Origin: Gammaproteobacteria bacterium
GTDB lineage: Bacteria > Pseudomonadota > Gammaproteobacteria > UWMA-0217
Length of the DNA stretch: 25,583 nt
Reading direction: 5' to 3'
Assembly (NCBI GenBank): GCA_011330835.1
Contig: DRPO01000178.1
Location: forward strand, 1 to 25,583
Shown: positions 1 through 7,982 of the stretch, piece by piece
How the letters are laid out: the number at the start of each line of letters is the position of its first letter
How positions within the stretch are numbered: position 1 is the first letter of the stretch
Position numbers and translations under genes: made by a program
Notes under the pieces: generated by a model
The model's database searches: none
Told to the model about the DNA's origin: nothing
Seen by the model: the letters and a program-made list of their open reading frames with translations, nothing else

Positions 1-903
1 CCAAACGCGGGTGCCGTCGGGAAACTCGCGCAGGCTGGCCGACGCGCTCTTGTAGGTTTCATCGCCGACCAGCGGATCGGCGTGCGCCGAGCTGGCCCAC
101 GCCTGGCCGAGCTTGTCATGGCAGGCGAGACAGATGATGTCGCTGGCCTGGTTGAAGTTTCCGCCGACCGGCGCGGCCTGCTGGAAGCGGTTCAGGCGCA
201 GAAACTTGATGTTCTTGGAGATGTCGGTATCACGAATATGCGGATCGTGGCAGCTCATGCATTCGAGCTTGCCCAGTTCCAGCGGCACGACCGGCTTGAC
301 CCCGGGTGAGCGATTGCCGATGTGCGCGGCCACGGCGGGATCGCGCAACTCGCCATCGGCCAGCGCCAGGGCGCTGTCATAGGTGAAGGAGATCGGGTGA
401 TCGTTGGTCAGGTCCACGCCCAGGCGACGGGTGAAACCGCTGCTCGCGCCCCGCCCCGGTGGCATGCTGCCATCGGCGCTGGTGCCGCTCATCGCGAAGG
501 ACTGCCCGATCTGGCCATTCGCGACCTCCACGGTGCCGATCGCCAGCGTGCCGTCGTGACATGACAGGCAGAGCTTGGAGCTGCCGCCGGGTTCGGCGGC
601 GATATCGTTCGCGTCGATGGATTCGGACAGGTAGGGCGTATAGGTGCTGGTCGGCAGTTGACGATTCCACAACGGTGCGTTCGGCACGCTGGTGTTGGCG
701 CCATGCGGGGTATGGCAGAAGATGCACACGCGGCTCTCGGAAACCGCCTTTACCGTGCCCGGCCCGCTCGCCGACAGGTTGTGCTTGGTATTCCGCACGT
801 CGGCGATACGCTCCGCCGGCGCCACGCCGGACAGGCAGCTTCCCAGCAGCAGTATCGGCAACCATCGCCGTGATCGATCGAGCCAAGCCGTGTTCGCCAT
901 CAT
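1..903 (-). CDS. Large multiheme cytochrome c, N-terminal 301 aa only (runs off the left edge); begins with an OmcE-like tetraheme domain
   Basis: Not in the ORF track (no stop in window). Manual translation from ATG 903 (ATGA overlap with the upstream stop at 900-902): MMANTAWLDRSRRWLPILLLGSCLSGVAPAERIADVRNTKHNLS...CIFCHTPH...PLWNR...CLSCHDG...LGVDLTNDHP...CMSCHDPH...FLR...CLACH, open to base 1. Signal peptide plus 4 CXXCH in the window. Confidence 0.92.
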   Translation of the reverse strand, partial: MMANTAWLDRSRRWLPILLLGSCLSGVAPAERIADVRNTKHNLSASGPGTVKAVSESRVCIFCHTPHGANTSVPNAPLWNRQLPTSTYTPYLSESIDANDIAAEPGGSSKLCLSCHDGTLAIGTVEVANGQIGQSFAMSGTSADGSMPPGRGASSGFTRRLGVDLTNDHPISFTYDSALALADGELRDPAVAAHIGNRSPGVKPVVPLELGKLECMSCHDPHIRDTDISKNIKFLRLNRFQQAAPVGGNFNQASDIICLACHDKLGQAWASSAHADPLVGDETYKSASASLREFPDGTRVW

Positions 904-2009
904 CGCTCTCCCCCCAGAAACTGGAGCATCTGCACCCTGCCGTTGTACATATCGGCGATATACACCCGGTCACGCTGGTCGACGCATAGACCCGCCGGCA
1001 GATAGAACTGCCCCGGCGCGTTGCCGGTACCGCCGATGGGCAACAGCAATTGCCCCCGGTCGTTGAACACCAGCAGGTGATCGTAATAGGATTCAGCGAT
1101 ATACAGGTTGCCCTCGGCATCCACCGCGACGCCTTTCGGGCGTGTCAGGTTACCCACGTACAGACCCCGACTGCCCACCTGGCGCAGGTAGTTCCCCTCG
1201 CCGTCGTACACCTGGATGCGCGCGTTCAAGGTGTCGGTGACATACAGTTCCGTGCCGCTCCAGGCCAGATAGGTCGGCGCGTTCAGGGAGCCGGGCTTGT
1301 CGCCGGCATGCCCGATGGTATCGAGCAGCAGACCCTCGTCGTCCAGCACCTTCACCGCGTCGGCCGAGGTATCGGCGACGAACAGCCTGCCCCGTTTCGC
1401 GTCCCGCGCGACCCCGGTCGGGCGCTCGAACAGACCCCGACCGAGCGGCGCCAGCGGTCGGCCATCGGTATCCAGTCGCGCGACCACGCCGAGCTCCGCG
1501 TCGGCCACCAGCAGGATGCCGTCGGCGCCCATCGCGATGCCGATCGGCGAGACGAAGGTCTTGCCGGGGGTGGCCCGCCGCCATACCCTGAGACGCGCGG
1601 CGGGGATGTCGAAAACCAGCACCGCGTGGCGACTGACATCGGAGACATAGATCCGCCCGTCCTTGTCCACCGCGACCCCCTGCGGACGTTGCAACACGTT
1701 CGGCGGGCGGAATTCCTCGCCCAGGCCGATCAGCCAGGCGAAGGCTCTGCCGAGTCCCGTTGGCTCTTCCGTGCGTCGCGCCGGAAAGTTGGCTTCGCCG
1801 GTCAACTGTCCGATATAGGCGTAGCGTGGCTCGGCCGGGGCGGCCGGCCACATCGCCCAGACGTGCTCACTCTGACCGGCGAAGGGATCGTAGCGCTGCT
1901 GGCGTTCGACCGTCGCGCAGCCGGACAGCCACGCCAGCAAAATGCATGACGCCAGGCGCATCGCCATGCCGGAGCAAGCCGGATGCCCGGTGGTCATCGC
2001 CCTGGCCAT
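900..2009 (-). CDS. NHL-repeat beta-propeller lipoprotein (NHL-1)
   Basis: Repeated P-x-G-[VI]-A-V-D / G-x-[LI]-Y-V-x-D blades; lipobox LSGC; WPxxPxxxRxxY motif after the lipid Cys. ORF-track start 2183 overlaps the upstream cytochrome, so the start is placed at ATG 2009 (1997, 1967 or 1961 also possible). Confidence 0.9.
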   Translation of the reverse strand: MARAMTTGHPACSGMAMRLASCILLAWLSGCATVERQQRYDPFAGQSEHVWAMWPAAPAEPRYAYIGQLTGEANFPARRTEEPTGLGRAFAWLIGLGEEFRPPNVLQRPQGVAVDKDGRIYVSDVSRHAVLVFDIPAARLRVWRRATPGKTFVSPIGIAMGADGILLVADAELGVVARLDTDGRPLAPLGRGLFERPTGVARDAKRGRLFVADTSADAVKVLDDEGLLLDTIGHAGDKPGSLNAPTYLAWSGTELYVTDTLNARIQVYDGEGNYLRQVGSRGLYVGNLTRPKGVAVDAEGNLYIAESYYDHLLVFNDRGQLLLPIGGTGNAPGQFYLPAGLCVDQRDRVYIADMYNGRVQMLQFLGGER

Positions 2010-2016
2010 CGAGCAT

Positions 2017-2439
2017 TCACCAGCGACCCGGACCGCCGGTCTGGTGACCGCCAACGATGCCCGGCGCGAGACCCGCCTTGCCGGAATGGCAGATGTCGCA
2101 GTTCTCCGCCGACCAGGCGATCTCGCCGTTGTGGCACATACCGCAGAAACGGCCTTCGATAATATCCGCCATGGTGACCTCATTCGCTCCCGCGCGCATC
2201 TTGAACCCCAGTTCGTTATGGCACACCTTGCAACGAAAACGCATGCGGTGAAACCAGTGAGGAAAGATCACCGGTGGCATGCCTTCCGCCTCCGCGTGCC
2301 GATTCAGTATGACATCGGCATACTCCGCCCGGGCCGGCAAGGCGCCACTCACCAGGCCAAGACCCGACAGGCAGCTCAACATTCCGCCAACGACGACGCG
2401 TCGCTGCCTTTCCCACCCCGGTCTAGCGGCCACTTCCAC
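2017..2439 (-). CDS. Periplasmic c7-type triheme cytochrome (subtype I)
   Basis: FPHWFH followed by CKVCH, CGMCH, CDICH; signal peptide ending PARA-EY. Start uncertain (GTG 2439 or ATG 2382). Confidence 0.88.
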   Translation of the reverse strand: MEVAARPGWERQRRVVVGGMLSCLSGLGLVSGALPARAEYADVILNRHAEAEGMPPVIFPHWFHRMRFRCKVCHNELGFKMRAGANEVTMADIIEGRFCGMCHNGEIAWSAENCDICHSGKAGLAPGIVGGHQTGGPGRW

Positions 2440-2977
2440 CCGTCGCCATCGCCGCCGCCTCCTCCGGCGGAACACTGTGACAGCGGTTGCACACCAGCAA
2501 CGGAAAGGCAACCGCGCCGTGACAACGGCCACAGAACTCCCCCGACAGGATCTCCAGCATGCTCATGCGGGTCGCGCCGGCCTTGGTCTTGAATATCTCC
2601 TCGTGACAGTTGGAACAGTCCAGCCATTCGGTATGCGGCTTGTGTGGAAACAACACGTAGTTCGCGCTGCCGGTGTTCTTCATCAGGATATCCAGGTCCA
2701 GCACCTCGATCTTGGTCTCTGGAAAGATGTTGGTGCGCGGGTCGATGTAGCCGCCTTCCAGCGCCCTCACCCAACGTACCTTGTTGCCGACATCCCCGGC
2801 CTCGTCGCGCGGCAGTTGAGAAAGCGCCTCGGACGGTTCCTGCATCACCGCCAGCGCGGGATTCTCGGGGTCGTGCACGCCATCGTTCGCCAGTGGAAGC
2901 CAGTCGGCGAACGCCGGAATTCCGAGCAACGGCGCCAGCGCCAAGCAGTAGAACAGAAGCCTTTTTCGATCGTGCAT
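2423..2977 (-). CDS. Periplasmic c7-type triheme cytochrome with N-terminal extension (subtype II)
   Basis: Signal peptide ending PAFA-DW; FPHKPHTEWLD-CSNCH, CGRCH, CNRCH; AGGGGAAG RBS upstream. Confidence 0.92.
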   Translation of the reverse strand: MHDRKRLLFYCLALAPLLGIPAFADWLPLANDGVHDPENPALAVMQEPSEALSQLPRDEAGDVGNKVRWVRALEGGYIDPRTNIFPETKIEVLDLDILMKNTGSANYVLFPHKPHTEWLDCSNCHEEIFKTKAGATRMSMLEILSGEFCGRCHGAVAFPLLVCNRCHSVPPEEAAAMATGGSGR

Positions 2978-2986
2978 GATCTTCCC

Positions 2987-3889
2987 CTAACCTGGAATAT
3001 AGACGCCGGCGCCGCGAATCGCGCGGACGAGTTCCTTGGTCGAATCCTCCAAGGTCCTGACCGCCTTGCCGAATTGACCTCGCTGCGCCTGTGCTTCCGC
3101 CTTGCGACGCAGGCTTTGCGCCTTGCGCAGGCGCTCACCGACCAGCTTTCGGACGCGTTCGGAATGTTTCATCTTGTCCCGCGCCAGCACCTTCAGCAAC
3201 ATCTGGTGGGTGTCATTGCGATCGATCTCGTATTGATACTCCTCTTCCTTGCTGGCGAAATTCAGGCTGCGCACCAGGGTATCGCCGTCGCGCAGATGCT
3301 CGATGGTGACCTTGGCTGTGACGTAGGCCTTGTCCAGTATCTTGCGACCCGCCGGCAACTTGCCCTCGCGCTTCAATACCCAGGCATCGGAAACCTTCTT
3401 GCGGATATCGATGATCACCGGCGCGATCCGACGTTCCAGCTTCTTTTCCTTGGCGATGCGTTTCAACGCGGTCAACAAGGCATCGACGCTCGCGGCTCGC
3501 GCCTTGAAATCCCGGACATGCTTCTGCTTGACCGACTTGCCCGCGCCGACGAGCCGGATCGCGCCGAACATCGCGCCGGTGGCCTGGTTGAGCAATTGAT
3601 TGGCGGCATGCACATCACCGCTCGCGTATGCTTTTCTCGCCTTGTCGAGCAGTTTCGCCGCCTTTTTCTGCTCGGCGATGGCCTTCGCGTTACCGCTGCG
3701 CGCGACACGTTTCGCTCCCGAAGAGGTATGGATCAGACGGGACAGGTTCTCTATCCGCCCATCCACCGTTTGCTTGGTTACCTTGATCACCGGCGCCTTG
3801 CGCGCGGTCTCCGCCAGGGTCGCCGTGGAGAACATGACGAGGAAGACCGCCATCATCAGCGGCAGGGAGGCGTTGTTTGGTATTCTCAT
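2987..3889 (-). CDS. Exported, basic, alpha-helical protein of unknown function (paralog of 3905..4756)
   Basis: GGAGAG RBS before ATG 3889; signal peptide ending TATLA-E; Lys/Arg/Ala-rich helical pattern; no CXXCH; motif LNFASKEEEYQYEIDR. Confidence 0.8.
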   Translation of the reverse strand: MRIPNNASLPLMMAVFLVMFSTATLAETARKAPVIKVTKQTVDGRIENLSRLIHTSSGAKRVARSGNAKAIAEQKKAAKLLDKARKAYASGDVHAANQLLNQATGAMFGAIRLVGAGKSVKQKHVRDFKARAASVDALLTALKRIAKEKKLERRIAPVIIDIRKKVSDAWVLKREGKLPAGRKILDKAYVTAKVTIEHLRDGDTLVRSLNFASKEEEYQYEIDRNDTHQMLLKVLARDKMKHSERVRKLVGERLRKAQSLRRKAEAQAQRGQFGKAVRTLEDSTKELVRAIRGAGVYIPG

Positions 3890-3904
3890 CGATCTCTCCA
3901 ATGG

Positions 3905-4756
3905 CTACTTGGGCATGTACATGCCGAGAATCCCCAGTGCGTCGCCAAGACGCGCGATGGCGGACTCCAGGTGCTTTACCGCGATATCGTGGTGGCCGTC
4001 CCCGGCCTGGCTCTTCGCGTCGTTCCACAACGACTCGGCCTCGGCCACATGCCGGCGCATCGCGGCCTCCCGGGCGGGATTCAGTGAAACCTCCTTCTGC
4101 TTCATGCGCAGCAGCAGGGTCAGGGTGCGGTAACGGTTGAGTTCGTACTCGTATTCTTCTTTCGGACTGTTGAATACCAGCTTGTATTCCAGCGTTTCGT
4201 GGTTACGCAGGCTGGTCACCGCGACGGACATGGTGTTGTACATCGCGTCCACCAGGATGGTCGCGTTCTGGTAGTCCTGTTTCGCCGCGCGTTGGGTGGC
4301 TTCATTGAGCATGCGCTGGTAACTCGGCTCGTCGCATACCGTGCCGGGGTCGATGCCCTTTTCCCGACTGATCGAGAGAAAGGCGCCACGCAGCGAATCG
4401 ACCTCGGTCAGGCGCTTCCGGTAACGCTTCTCCAACAGCTTCAGCGATGGCTTGTGCCGCCGCGCGCCGTAACTCGTGGTCAGCATCCGCAGGATCTCGT
4501 TGGACAGGCGTAGCGACTCTCCATAGTCGCCGGCCGTCTTGGCGGCTTTCGCCGCCGCCAGGCTTTCGTCGATACCGGGGTTCTCGCCGCGCGCGCGCAT
4601 CGGGGCGTAGAGCCGCTCGATGAGTTGCAGCTTCTTCTCCAGTTGCGGCCAGTTGTGCGTTGGCGTTTCGTCGGCGCGCGAGGACAACCCGGACATCAGC
4701 ATGCCCGCCATCAGGGAGGCACCGATCAAGCCATGTCTTCCGTCGTGCGGGTTCAT
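3905..4756 (-). CDS. Exported alpha-helical protein of unknown function (paralog of 2987..3889)
   Basis: ATG 4756 overlaps the upstream stop (ATGA); signal peptide ending SSRA-DE; motif LVFNSPKEEYEYELNR; no CXXCH. ORF-track extension to 5086 overlaps the upstream gene and is rejected. Confidence 0.8.
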   Translation of the reverse strand: MNPHDGRHGLIGASLMAGMLMSGLSSRADETPTHNWPQLEKKLQLIERLYAPMRARGENPGIDESLAAAKAAKTAGDYGESLRLSNEILRMLTTSYGARRHKPSLKLLEKRYRKRLTEVDSLRGAFLSISREKGIDPGTVCDEPSYQRMLNEATQRAAKQDYQNATILVDAMYNTMSVAVTSLRNHETLEYKLVFNSPKEEYEYELNRYRTLTLLLRMKQKEVSLNPAREAAMRRHVAEAESLWNDAKSQAGDGHHDIAVKHLESAIARLGDALGILGMYMPK

Positions 4757-5718
4757 TTGCGTGCCTTTCTGGGTTTGCGTTTTGAATGGCACTTGCGACA
4801 CTCGGCGACCGGGAAGGCGACCTTGCCGTGACATACCCCGCACTTTTCGCCGAGCAGTATGGCCGCCATGCTGATGCTGTTGGCGCCTTTCTTCGGGATA
4901 AATATGGCCGGATGGCAGTTCGAGCAGTCCAGCCATTCGGTATGCTGCTTGTGCGGATAGACCACGTCGGGCATGGAACCCTTCACCTCGCGCACGATAT
5001 TCAGGTTCATCACCACCGGCTTCTTGTCCGGATCGAGTCGGTCGTAACGCGGATCGATGGCGCCCTTCTCCAGCGCCTTCACCCAATCCACGCGGTTTCC
5101 CGAATTCGCTCTCGGCAGCACGCCGAAGGCCTCCTTCGGATGCTGAAGCACGTGGGTACCATCGTTCGATGGATCATGGATGCCATCGCGCGTGGGCGGC
5201 GGGTTGCGCTTGGACGCCGGGCGCAGCAGACGGTTGAAGCGGTTGGCCGAGCGGCGGTGCTTTCGGGTCTTTCTCGCGGGGGCTTTCCTTGCCGGCTTCC
5301 TGACGACTTCCGCGACCCGCTTATTGGGCTTCGCGCTTGCCTTGGCCACCGCCGGCCTGGCCGGCGCCGCCCCGCCAGGCGTCACCAGCCCGATCATGTA
5401 GCGGGCCGCATCCACCACCTGCTGGTCGCTCAGCGCGGGATTTCCGCCTTTCGGCGGCATCGCATTGAAACCGTGCAGGGCGTGGTCGAGGAGGGTTTTC
5501 TCCCCCTTTGCGAGGCGTGGCCGCCAGTCGACGGAATTGCCCAGTCTGGGCGCTTGCAGAACCCCCTGCTTGTGGCAGGCGGCACACATGGTTTCGACCA
5601 CTTTTTGACCGTCGCCCGCCACGGCGATCCCGGCCATGGATGACCAGCCAACCACGAGCAGTATCGTGGAAAGCACGTATGACGACTTACGCGGCGCTGT
5701 CTTCGATGCATGATTCAT
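4753..5718 (-). CDS. Tetraheme fusion: cytochrome c5-type monoheme domain + basic linker + c7-type triheme domain (subtype II)
   Basis: AGGAG RBS before ATG 5718; signal peptide; c5 signature CAACH...APRLG...W..R...G...L..HALHGFNAMPPKGG; then YPHKQHTEWLD-CSNCH, CGVCH, CRKCH. Confidence 0.92.
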   Translation of the reverse strand: MNHASKTAPRKSSYVLSTILLVVGWSSMAGIAVAGDGQKVVETMCAACHKQGVLQAPRLGNSVDWRPRLAKGEKTLLDHALHGFNAMPPKGGNPALSDQQVVDAARYMIGLVTPGGAAPARPAVAKASAKPNKRVAEVVRKPARKAPARKTRKHRRSANRFNRLLRPASKRNPPPTRDGIHDPSNDGTHVLQHPKEAFGVLPRANSGNRVDWVKALEKGAIDPRYDRLDPDKKPVVMNLNIVREVKGSMPDVVYPHKQHTEWLDCSNCHPAIFIPKKGANSISMAAILLGEKCGVCHGKVAFPVAECRKCHSKRKPRKARK

Positions 5719-5740
5719 GACGCGACTCCTGTTGCGATGC

Positions 5741-6154
5741 TCATTTCTTCGGGGGAGCGATGAGTTTCTGCAAGGTGCTTTCATGCACCTGGGTCTTGGT
5801 GCCCGGCTTGCCCGAATGACACAGATCGCAGTTCTCCACCGACCAGGCGATATCGCCGTTATGGCAGGCGCCGCAGAACTCGCCGTCGATGATCTTCAGC
5901 ATCGTGATGTCGTTGCCACCGGCCTTGAAGCGGAAGCCCAGGTCCGCGTGGCAGACCTTGCAACGAAAGCGGATCCGGTGGAACCAGTGTGGAAACACCG
6001 CCGGGCGCATGCCGGCGTCGTCGGAGTAGTTGTTGATGACGATATCGCCATACTCCGCCCTGGCGGTATCGATGGCGGTCAGCATGCCCATGCCGACCGC
6101 CAATGACACGGCGACCAACAGGGAACGCGTGTTACCGGCACAAAGTTTCATCAT
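5741..6154 (-). CDS. Periplasmic c7-type triheme cytochrome (subtype I)
   Basis: AAAGGAG RBS; signal peptide ending TARA-EY; FPHWFH-CKVCH, CGACH, CDLCH. Confidence 0.93.
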   Translation of the reverse strand: MMKLCAGNTRSLLVAVSLAVGMGMLTAIDTARAEYGDIVINNYSDDAGMRPAVFPHWFHRIRFRCKVCHADLGFRFKAGGNDITMLKIIDGEFCGACHNGDIAWSVENCDLCHSGKPGTKTQVHESTLQKLIAPPKK

Positions 6155-6231
6155 GGTCTGTCACTCCTTTATTCTCTGACTATTCTCTATGTTGCTGAGC
6201 GGGTCGGGCGGTAAACCGGGCACGCCGGCAC

Positions 6232-7962
6232 TCAGAAGTGCCGGGTAAAATCGAGCAATATGCGCACATCGTTCGAGCCTCTGGAGGTGCGCAGGTAGTT
6301 GACCTCGAAACGACTTTCCAGCTTGCCGATAAAGTGTCGAAACTGGTTCTTCCACAGCCAGCGGCCGGTCCCGGAGTTGCCGCTGTTGCCGATTTCGCTG
6401 ATGAACCTGTCCCATCGAAATTCAAGCGAACCGTGATAGCTGAGGTTCGCCACGCCAAACACCCGGGATTGGAAGTAGTCCATGTCGAACAGCGCGCTGT
6501 TGGTGTGTGACGACGACTCCTCGGAATCCACGCGTGCGTCGCTGGCCGAAAACGAGCTGCTGAAGGTGCCGTTGTCACCGAATGGCCGACTGTAGGCGCC
6601 GGTAAGAGTCGCGACCTGTACCGTGTTGTCGAAGCGTCCGCTGTCCCGCGTCCAGGTATAGATGCCGCTCAGGGAGGCCACGCGCGAACCGCTGCTGTGA
6701 TTCAACGTCGAGGAGATGGACTGCGAAAGAATCGTGCTGTCTTCCCCGTCGGAGCGCAGCTCGCCACCGACCGACTGCCCCGCGCCGAACACCAGCACGG
6801 TGGATCGCCCTTCGCCGAGGATCACCAGCTTGTTGACGTTGTGCTGAATATTGCCGCCGACGGACTGGATGTCCTCGCCCTCGGAGAATATCTCGTTACG
6901 CGCGAATACCCCGGTGCTCCAGTTGTAGTCCAGCCCCCATCGCAGGCGGATGACTTCCGGCGTGTATCTGAGGTCGATGCGCTGAAAGCTGCTGGTGATG
7001 CCACCGGCGTCGACATCGACATTGGCGCTGACATCGCCGCTCAGGACCAGTCTTTCCGTCAGGTCGTAGTCGGCGCCGGCTTGCAGGCGCAGACGGCGAT
7101 CATCGGTACCGCCCCCGCCGCTGTCGGATTGCCGCCATTGCAGGTTGACGCCGGCGCGTACCCGCAGCGGGCGCTCCGGGTCCCGCCAGGAGAGACGGGA
7201 ATCGGCCACCAGCTCGGTCGTCGTGAAATTGGCGAAGGCATTGCTCGCGTTGAATTCGAGATAATTCAAGCTCGCCGAACTGGTGATGTTCATCGCGTCG
7301 CTGGGGTTCCAGTTGTGATCGACCCGGGCGAGCAGTTCGTTGTTGTCCAGGCCGCCGGTTTCCAGCTTGTCCATGCGCCATTGAAACAGGGCGCTGATGT
7401 CCTGTTTAGGCTTACGCCAGCGTCCGGTGGCGGTGAACAGGTCGGTGGTATTGGTCTCGTCCCGGCTACCCACCTCCTGAACGTAGCGCTCCAGGCGCGC
7501 GTCGTAGCTTCCACCACCGGGCTCCGGCGAGCTGTAGCGCTGAAGCACGCCAAAACGGTAGGTTCTGCTGTCGATGTCGGAGAGCACCGAATCCGCCAGA
7601 TCGACGCTGGAATCGGTCACCTGGAAATAGGCCTCGAAGGGAAAGCGGCTCTTGTGGAAAAGCATGACGCGACCATTCCCCGTTACCGCGGTCGACGAGC
7701 TGTCATTGACCGAGCCACTCGAATCGGACTGCGACCACGAGAGATCCAGGTTCCACACGCCAAACCACGGGCGCCACAGATAACTGTCCGCGTGTACCGA
7801 GGTCTGATAGAAGAGATTGTCGGATTCATCATTGTCGGAACGCACCCCGAGATAGCCCAGCCGGACCTGCCCGGACCAGTTTATCGGCGGAATCTCGGCC
7901 TTTACGGTCTGTGCCAGCACGAGTAACGACATCGCCAGCGCAATCGAATACCGGGGATTCAT
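6232..7962 (-). CDS. Outer-membrane beta-barrel protein (putative porin of a porin-cytochrome or cytochrome-export system)
   Basis: 576 aa; signal peptide ending TVKA-E; alternating hydrophobic/polar strands rich in W/Y/F, Ser/Gly/Asp-rich loops; C-terminal barrel signature ending in Phe (ILLDFTRHF); no CXXCH; embedded among cytochrome genes. Confidence 0.8.
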   Translation of the reverse strand: MNPRYSIALAMSLLVLAQTVKAEIPPINWSGQVRLGYLGVRSDNDESDNLFYQTSVHADSYLWRPWFGVWNLDLSWSQSDSSGSVNDSSSTAVTGNGRVMLFHKSRFPFEAYFQVTDSSVDLADSVLSDIDSRTYRFGVLQRYSSPEPGGGSYDARLERYVQEVGSRDETNTTDLFTATGRWRKPKQDISALFQWRMDKLETGGLDNNELLARVDHNWNPSDAMNITSSASLNYLEFNASNAFANFTTTELVADSRLSWRDPERPLRVRAGVNLQWRQSDSGGGGTDDRRLRLQAGADYDLTERLVLSGDVSANVDVDAGGITSSFQRIDLRYTPEVIRLRWGLDYNWSTGVFARNEIFSEGEDIQSVGGNIQHNVNKLVILGEGRSTVLVFGAGQSVGGELRSDGEDSTILSQSISSTLNHSSGSRVASLSGIYTWTRDSGRFDNTVQVATLTGAYSRPFGDNGTFSSSFSASDARVDSEESSSHTNSALFDMDYFQSRVFGVANLSYHGSLEFRWDRFISEIGNSGNSGTGRWLWKNQFRHFIGKLESRFEVNYLRTSRGSNDVRILLDFTRHF

Positions 7963-7982
7963 GAAGTTCTGTACTTATGCCG

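Noticed and set aside
2279-4087. 602-aa plus-strand ORF (and similar long ORFs 1050..1949, 6697..7926, 11249..12535, 15142..16458, 22937..24343)
   Set aside because: Antisense shadows of clear genes in high-GC DNA; no recognisable motifs or RBS.
5200-5390. Histone-like DNA-binding role for the Lys/Arg/Ala-rich stretch
   Set aside because: It is a linker between heme domains of an exported protein, so it is periplasmic.
6232-7962. Calling the barrel MtrB/MtoB/PioB or Cyc2
   Set aside because: No N-terminal CXXCH as in Cyc2 and no adjacent decaheme MtrA-type gene; I cannot support orthology without a search.
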